NCBI RefSeq assembly: GCF_000281045.1
Contig: NW_008246085.1
Span: 206,598-248,716 of the forward strand
Source of the DNA: Saprolegnia diclina VS20
Taxonomy: Eukaryota
Direction of reading: 5' to 3'
DNA length: 42,119 nucleotides
A program made the position numbers and the translations under genes. The notes beneath the pieces were generated by a model. That model did not search any database, had not been told where the DNA came from, and saw nothing but the letters and a program-made list of their open reading frames with translations. Shown piece by piece: positions 36,197 through 42,119 of the stretch. The first letter of the stretch is position 1. Each line of letters starts with the position of its first letter.

Positions 36197-38764
36197 ATGA
36201 CGCTGACCATGGAGGACGTCGTCGCCAAGCTCCGCGCCGACGGTAGCCGATAGCGATGGGCTAGAGCTCACGGCTGCTGTGTAGACGAGCTCAAGGTCTT
36301 TGTCGCGCCCGAGGTACCCGTGACGGAGATCGCGAGTGCGATCATCGCATCTGACGCCAAGCCCACAAAAGACGCGAGCGCCTCGAGCGGGTCGGAAGAG
36401 TTTCTGCAAAAGCTATCGGTCGCGATCCAGCACATTGACTCGTCCATCGAAACGTACGTAAGCGCGTCGCACATGGAGCTTCTGCGCCAAGTTGGGTCCG
36501 TCGATGGGCTCAAGCAGCACGTCACGACACTGCACAGCGACGTCACGGACGTTAAACATGCAATCGACCGCATGGACAACGACGTGCAAAAGGTCCGGCG
36601 CGTGCTCTCGCGCACGATCCAGCAGCTGCGCAATGTAGACACGTGTAGCTCGATCGTCCAGCGTCTCCTCCGCTTCCAGACGCTGGCGCTTGGGCTGCGC
36701 GCGCTGTCGCCCATCGTGTTTGCTGCGCCGGCCGACGACGCCGACTACTACGCTGCGTGCTCCAAAGCGTCACTCGCACTCTACGAAGCCGAGCTCTTGT
36801 TGCAGTCGAGTCAAGACGCGTCGCGCTTTCAAAGCCTCTCGCTCGTGGCCCCCGAAGTGCCCCATCTTCGCAAGCTCCGAGCCCACTTGGTCAAGCAAAT
36901 GAAGACGACGCTCAAGATTGGCATGTCGTCGACCGACCAGACAGCAATTGCAAGCACGCTCCAAGTCCTCTACCAGCTCGGACTCGACACGTTCTCCGAG
37001 ACAGTCCAAGCCTGCGTCAACGAAGTACTCCACGACTTCGAAACCAAAGCCACGAACATGCTCAAGGAAAGCCACATGGCGACGACGACCAACGACGGCG
37101 ATGCCAAGGCGGCCGACGCGTGGATCGCAGCGCAGAACGTTCTCGATTTGCTCTCGTCGTACGCGCTGCAAGTGTGGCACCTACAGCGTGTCCTTGTCAA
37201 GCTGCCGAGCGGCGGGTCGACCAAAGCGTGCTTCTTCGATGCGGTTGTGCAGCCGGACGAGCCGTCGCTCGTCTTGACCTTTTGGGACATTGGCTGTGCG
37301 CTCCTCTCGGAGCTCTTCAAGAAGGCCATGGAATACCGGCTGAGCGTGAAGAGCGTGCTGATTGGCCACTACCCGCGGCTCCGCGCCGAGGCTCTCCGCA
37401 TCGTGACGGCGTGGGCTGCGACGACGGCGCGGCTCTTGTTGGCCGACGCCGGGCGTCCCCACCGCGCCATGGCGCTGCCGATAAACTCGATGCAAGCCGA
37501 GCTCCTCGATGCGTTCCAAGCGATTGCCACCAAGTTCCAAGAGCGATCGGGCGACCGCCTTTTGCATCCGATCACAATGATGTTTCCGCAGTCGAACGGG
37601 TACCACCCGTCGCCGCCAAGCCGCAGTGACATGCACACGCTGCTCAAGATCCTTTCGGTCGAAGTCGACGCGGGCGGCGACGACCCCGTCGTTGTGTGTA
37701 TGGTGCTGCATGGCGTGCGTCGCGCGGTCGAGCAGTTTTGCGCCAACATTGCGTCCACCGCGCATGCTGGCGCGTCGGCGTTAGCGCTGCCACCGACGTC
37801 GGCCCGCACGGTTGCCCACGCCCACAACATGGCACTGCTGCACCTCTGCCACCAGCTCGACGACGCGCTTCTCGAGCTGCCGATCAACAAAAGCGAAGGC
37901 GTGGCCGAGGCCATTGCGGGCCCGCTCGCGTCGCTTCGCGAGCCCCTCGAGCGGCTCTCGCAGCGTCTGCTGAGTGCGTACTTGGACGTTCTCGCAACGC
38001 GCTGCGAAAGCATTTTCGCAAGCATGCACGATGAGAGCTTTGTCTCGAACGTCACCACCGACCGCTTCATGGTCGAGTTGACCTCCGTCTTCAACGTGCT
38101 CTTGACCGAGCACTTTGGCCGCCTCGGCCTCGACGGCGCGACGATCGCGACGACGTGTCTCGATGCGTTCTGCAACCGGCTCCTCTCGGCGTTTGCGCGG
38201 CACATTGCGCTCGTCCGGCCGCTCAACGACCATGGCAAGTGCCGCTTGGTCAACGACATGGCGCAGCTCGAAGCGTTCTTGAGCCGCGTCCGGCCGCTCC
38301 ACGGCCTCGTGTTCGAGGAGTTTCGGGCCATGAAGCACGTCCTCTTCCTCGAGAACGACCGCATCTTTCGCGACGCGCGCCTCGACAAGGTGCGGCCGAG
38401 CAACGTGTGGCACCACGTGCTCTCGCGGGCTCCTGCGTCGCTCGCCCTGCCGCACAAGACCAACAACATATCGGCCGCCGCGTACGTCTTGTGGATGGAG
38501 ACCAGCGCGGGTCTCGACGCGTACAGCCCGCCGACGCCGCCGTCCGAACTGCCGCTTGGCCGCGCGAGCTGGAGAGACCGCACGCTCGCGCTCGCGGCCG
38601 AGCAAGCCATTTGGGCAAATGTCGCGAGCACGCTGGAGGCTTATGCGCAGCGCACGGCGGCCTTGGGACAACCCGTGGACCATATCTATGACCTAATCAC
38701 CGCGTTTGGGCCGTCGCTCCTCGCCGGCTACGAAGTCGCGACCAAGGCGTACCTCTTCCCTTGA
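36197..38764 (+). CDS. COG5: Conserved oligomeric Golgi complex subunit 5
   Basis: Short exon 1 (36197-36242), 42-nt intron 36243-36284, then a long exon. N-terminal coiled coil, VWHLQRVL, GHYPRL, RLLHPITMMFP..PPSRSD and FARHIALVRPLNDHGKCRLVNDMAQLE. Confidence 0.85.
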
Positions 38765-38795
38765 GCAAATTGGAAATAGGAGGAGGCAACTGCGA

Positions 38796-39994
38796 TTACA
38801 ATAACATGGACGTGACGATGCCTTCGGCTAGCGACCGATCGATGTGCACGAGGCTCTTCCCGACGAGCGCGTAAATGGCGCGGACGACGTGTGCGTCGTC
38901 GCAGCCGGTGGCCGCCGCCTCGGCCTGCAGCTGTGTCTTGCTCATCTCGCCGTTGTTGGCATACAAGAGCTGGAGCACGACCGCACACGTGTGGTGAGGG
39001 GTACCGGGCGTGCCGTTCGCGGCCTGCGTCTCGACGAGGCGCTGCATCTGGGCCTTGAGCGCTGTTACGGACGCCGTCTCGATCTCGAGCTTGGTTTGCC
39101 ACTGCCCCAGCGCGTCGGCGAGGGCGGCGGCGCGGGCCTCGACCGTTGGTCGATCCATGCTCGCGTCGTCGGCCATTGGCTCTTCGTACGCCAAGATGGT
39201 CTTCTTGAGGCTGTCGCGCTCCAGCTTCAAGCGCTCCAGCTCTGCAGACTGGGACGTCTGAACCTTCTCGGACTCGAGGACGTGCTCGTCGCGCTGGCGT
39301 TTGAGGGCGGCGAGGGCCGCGAGGAGGTCCTTCTTCTCCTCGGCCCGCAGCAGCAAGATCTCTTCAAGCGTCTCGTTCTCGTCCATCAAGAGTGACGGGT
39401 CTACACGATGTACATGAGCACATGCTACGAGGTATCTCGCGTAGTACCGATGGCAGCCCGCGCTTCGCCGTCGCGAATGTCCGTCTCGAGGCTCTCAATG
39501 TCCTCTTGCACCTTTGCGAGCTTCGTCTCCAGATGCTCGAGTTCGGCGCGACCCGCTTGCATTTGGCCTTCCCACTCTTGCTCCTTCTGCTCTTGACGCT
39601 CGTTGATGCGCGAGTCAAGGTACAAATCCGACTTGCGCGTGTGCAGCTGCTTGGACATGCCGGCCATTTGCACTTGGAGCGCCTTGCACTTCTTCTCAAG
39701 ACTCTCAAACGTCGTCGAGTAGTGCGTGATCTCTACGTTGCCACCGCCATGAGCTCATCCTTGTCTCGGCGGCGTCATCGTACCGTCCAAGTCGCCGAGC
39801 GCCGCCGCCGTGTCTCGGAACTCGGCCCAGAACTCGTCGCCAGTCTTGCGGCGCGCCTCGGCCGCGCGGTCGGGCTTGGGCGCGTTGAGCTCCGTGACGT
39901 AGATGGGCTTCTGCTGCTCCATCGGGTGGAACTCGTGGCGCCCCAAGGACGCACTAATGATCTCGATCTCCTCCACGAGCCGGGGCAGCGCCAT
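38796..39994 (-). CDS. Hypothetical long coiled-coil protein with a C-terminal winged-helix-like domain
   Basis: ATG 39994; two GT-AG introns (about 39733-39783 and 39402-39447) join the ORFs in frame. E/K/Q/L-rich heptads followed by VVLQLLYANNGEMSKTQL..VVRAIYALVGKSLVHID. Confidence 0.7.
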
Positions 39995-40194
39995 CGCGTT
40001 TTTGGCGTCCGAGAATCCGGATACGACGACGCAAAATCCGGATAAACAAGACTTCCAATAATTCAAAACCATTTATGGCGGGAAATTTGGCTCCATTTTG
40101 AGCACTTGAAGTTATAAGTCAAAACAGAAGAGCTCGATCATCATAGCTTAGAGACAGCGAGCATATAAAGGCGGACGCTGCAGGATGCTTGACA

Positions 40195-42119
40195 CTACGC
40201 TGGGACGTACGTCGGGCGCGATGCAGCGTTTGCCGTACTGTACTTGAGCTGGAGGCTCTTGAAGAGCCGTGCTTCGTTGCCTTGGTACTTGGCGAGGAGT
40301 TCGTCGACTTCGGGGAGCTTGGCGGGGTTGTGCTTGGCGTAAAACGCGGTCAGAAGCGCCTTGTAGTTGACGGTCGGAGGCGGCGGAAGCGCGCCCCGGG
40401 TCACGTACGCGTGCCCGTCGCTTTCGGTCGCGTCTCTGCGCACAAACTGTCGTAAAAGGTGGAGAAACAGTTCGTTCTCCCGCCCCGCGTGGTCGCGCAA
40501 GAGCCGCTCCATCGCGCTCTGTGCAATCACGTGCCCCGGGGCGTACATAGCGCAGAAACTCTCGAGACGTCCGAGGTAGTTGGGCGGGTCCAGCGACAGC
40601 GGCGACATGATCGGTCGCGACTTGACGTCCGTGGCGTATGCCGTCTTCCGCGCGGCCAGCTTGGGTGTCGGTGGTCGCCCGAGCACCGACGGCGGCGGCG
40701 TGCGAGCGCCCAGCGACATCTTGCGCGCGCGGGGCGACTCGTCGCTCTCAGGCTCCGAGACACGGGGCGGGATCGCAATCGGCGTGGGGCGCTGCAGCGG
40801 CGACGGGGCCTTGGCCTTGGGCGACAGCGAAAACGGCAACGTCGCCACCTTGATTGGCTTGGACGACTTGTTTCTTGTCGGCGTCGATGGGATCGACGAG
40901 GTGGGGCTGTTGCCGCCGGGTGGCGAGGACGCGTCATCGGGACACGTCTCACTTAGCGGATCTTCTCTTCTTGTCTGTATCGTCGGCATTGGAGCCGGTG
41001 CTTGGAACGAGAGGTGGCCTCGTGGCGTCTTTGGTGGCGCGGGAACCGTCAGTGTAGCTGTCGAAAGGAGCGAACTACGGACGCGGAGGGGCTTGGCGGC
41101 CGGCTTGGTCGACGCTGGCGGCAAAAGCGATGTCGAAACGAGCCGAGGTGCACAGACACGGAGGGTGCCAAAGACCTTATCGAGATCGGAGACACTCGCG
41201 TCTTCCTGGCGCAGCGCAAGCAACATCGAGGGCGCTACTGCCGGTGAAGCGACGGCCGTGAGCTTGTCCATGTGGCCAGCCAGATCCAGCGCATGGTTGT
41301 ACTGCTCCTTGGAGCGGTCGTAGCTTTGCTTGAGCGCATGCAGCACGTCGCTCGGACGACTGGAGCTAGCGCAATCGATCAGATGTAGTCCGTCAGAACA
41401 CAGCGACCAATTACCCGAGATGTGCGAGGCGGGCCGAGAGACTGACGCACGTCTCATTGACGCCACAAAACTTTTGCTGTAGCTCGTCGTACGTGGCCAA
41501 GGACCGCGCATCGAGGGGGTCCGTCGCCGGGTCTGCGAACACTTGCAGCCGGTTGGCTTCGTCGATCTCGTCGCGCACGGTCTTGCTCTGCGTGACGACA
41601 CGAGCGACATCGGCTTCAGTCACATGAAATCTTTCGTCGAGCTCCTGAACGCCGTCGGACATTGCACGTCCCTTGCGTCGCACGTCACAAAAGAGCGTCT
41701 CGTGCGCAGCAAGGTCCAAGCGCGGGGTCGCGCGCAGCTGCTGCAAGGTCCGATCAAACTCGCGGATGAGCTTCCAGAGTGCATCTTCCGCCGCATGGGA
41801 CGGTGCTGGTGGCGCGACGCTCGGTGGCGCCGATGGGTGCGTGCTGCTGCTCTGTTTGGCTTCCTTGGGCGGATCCGCTGATTTGACCGGGGCCTTGCGT
41901 GCCGAGCCAAACCCGGGTGCTGTGGCCATGCGGGCCAGTGCCTGCGAAATGTCGGGCGTGAACGACGCCTTGTCCATCGTGCTGTTGCTGCGCGGCCTTG
42001 TCGACAGTGGTGCCTTTTCAGATGAATCTTGCGTTTTGCTGCTAACATCAATGACTTCCGTCGGCACTTCCTCCTCCAGACGGGCGTCGCTTCTGCCCGC
42101 CGTGGCAAAGACAGGCGCC
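40195..42119 (-). CDS. 5'-partial hypothetical protein: coiled coil, Pro/Ser-rich disordered region and two C-terminal helical repeats
   Basis: ORF 41411-42067 is open towards the window end and joins ORF 40195-41610 via intron 41366-41414 (..AHLG/SSRPSDVLHALK..). Stop at 40195. Confidence 0.65.
40240..40578 (-). repeat. Two protein-level copies of an 'L..FY..xNP.K...VD.LL.KY.G.E..LF..L..KY' helical repeat
   Basis: YLGRLESFCAMYAPGH..MERLLRDHAGRENELFLHLLRQF (40444-40578) aligns with YKALLTAFYAKHNPAKLPEVDELLAKYQGNEARLFKSLQLKY (40240-40365). Confidence 0.65.

Overview
Gene-dense eukaryotic DNA with many 41-75 nt introns and very short intergenic gaps. Gene content and intron size suggest an oomycete, probably Saprolegniales; this is an inference. 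The ORF track fragments most genes, so I rebuilt splice models by hand. I find 17 protein-coding genes: (1) a 5'-partial giant secreted mosaic protein of about 3,500 aa with Ig-like repeats, FG-GAP blades, Calx-beta domains and a levanase-type beta-sandwich; (2) a small coiled-coil hypothetical; (3) PRPP synthetase; (4) TMEM115-like; (5) a TDA3/DAO-family FAD oxidoreductase; (6) KATNAL2; (7) an NTP-transferase-like/DMT(EamA) transporter fusion; (8) COX14-like; (9) prohibitin; (10-12) three paralogous bZIP-like genes with a putative START-like C-terminal domain; (13) importin-13/transportin-3-like; (14) MED21; (15) COG5; (16) a coiled-coil/winged-helix hypothetical; (17) a 5'-partial Pro/Ser-rich protein. 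I recognised no tRNA, rRNA, CRISPR array or transposon. The three most interesting signals are the bZIP cluster with Asp in place of the invariant Asn, the degenerate cytidylyltransferase fused to a DMT permease, and the nested architecture of the giant protein. Family assignments come from motif recognition, not database searches.
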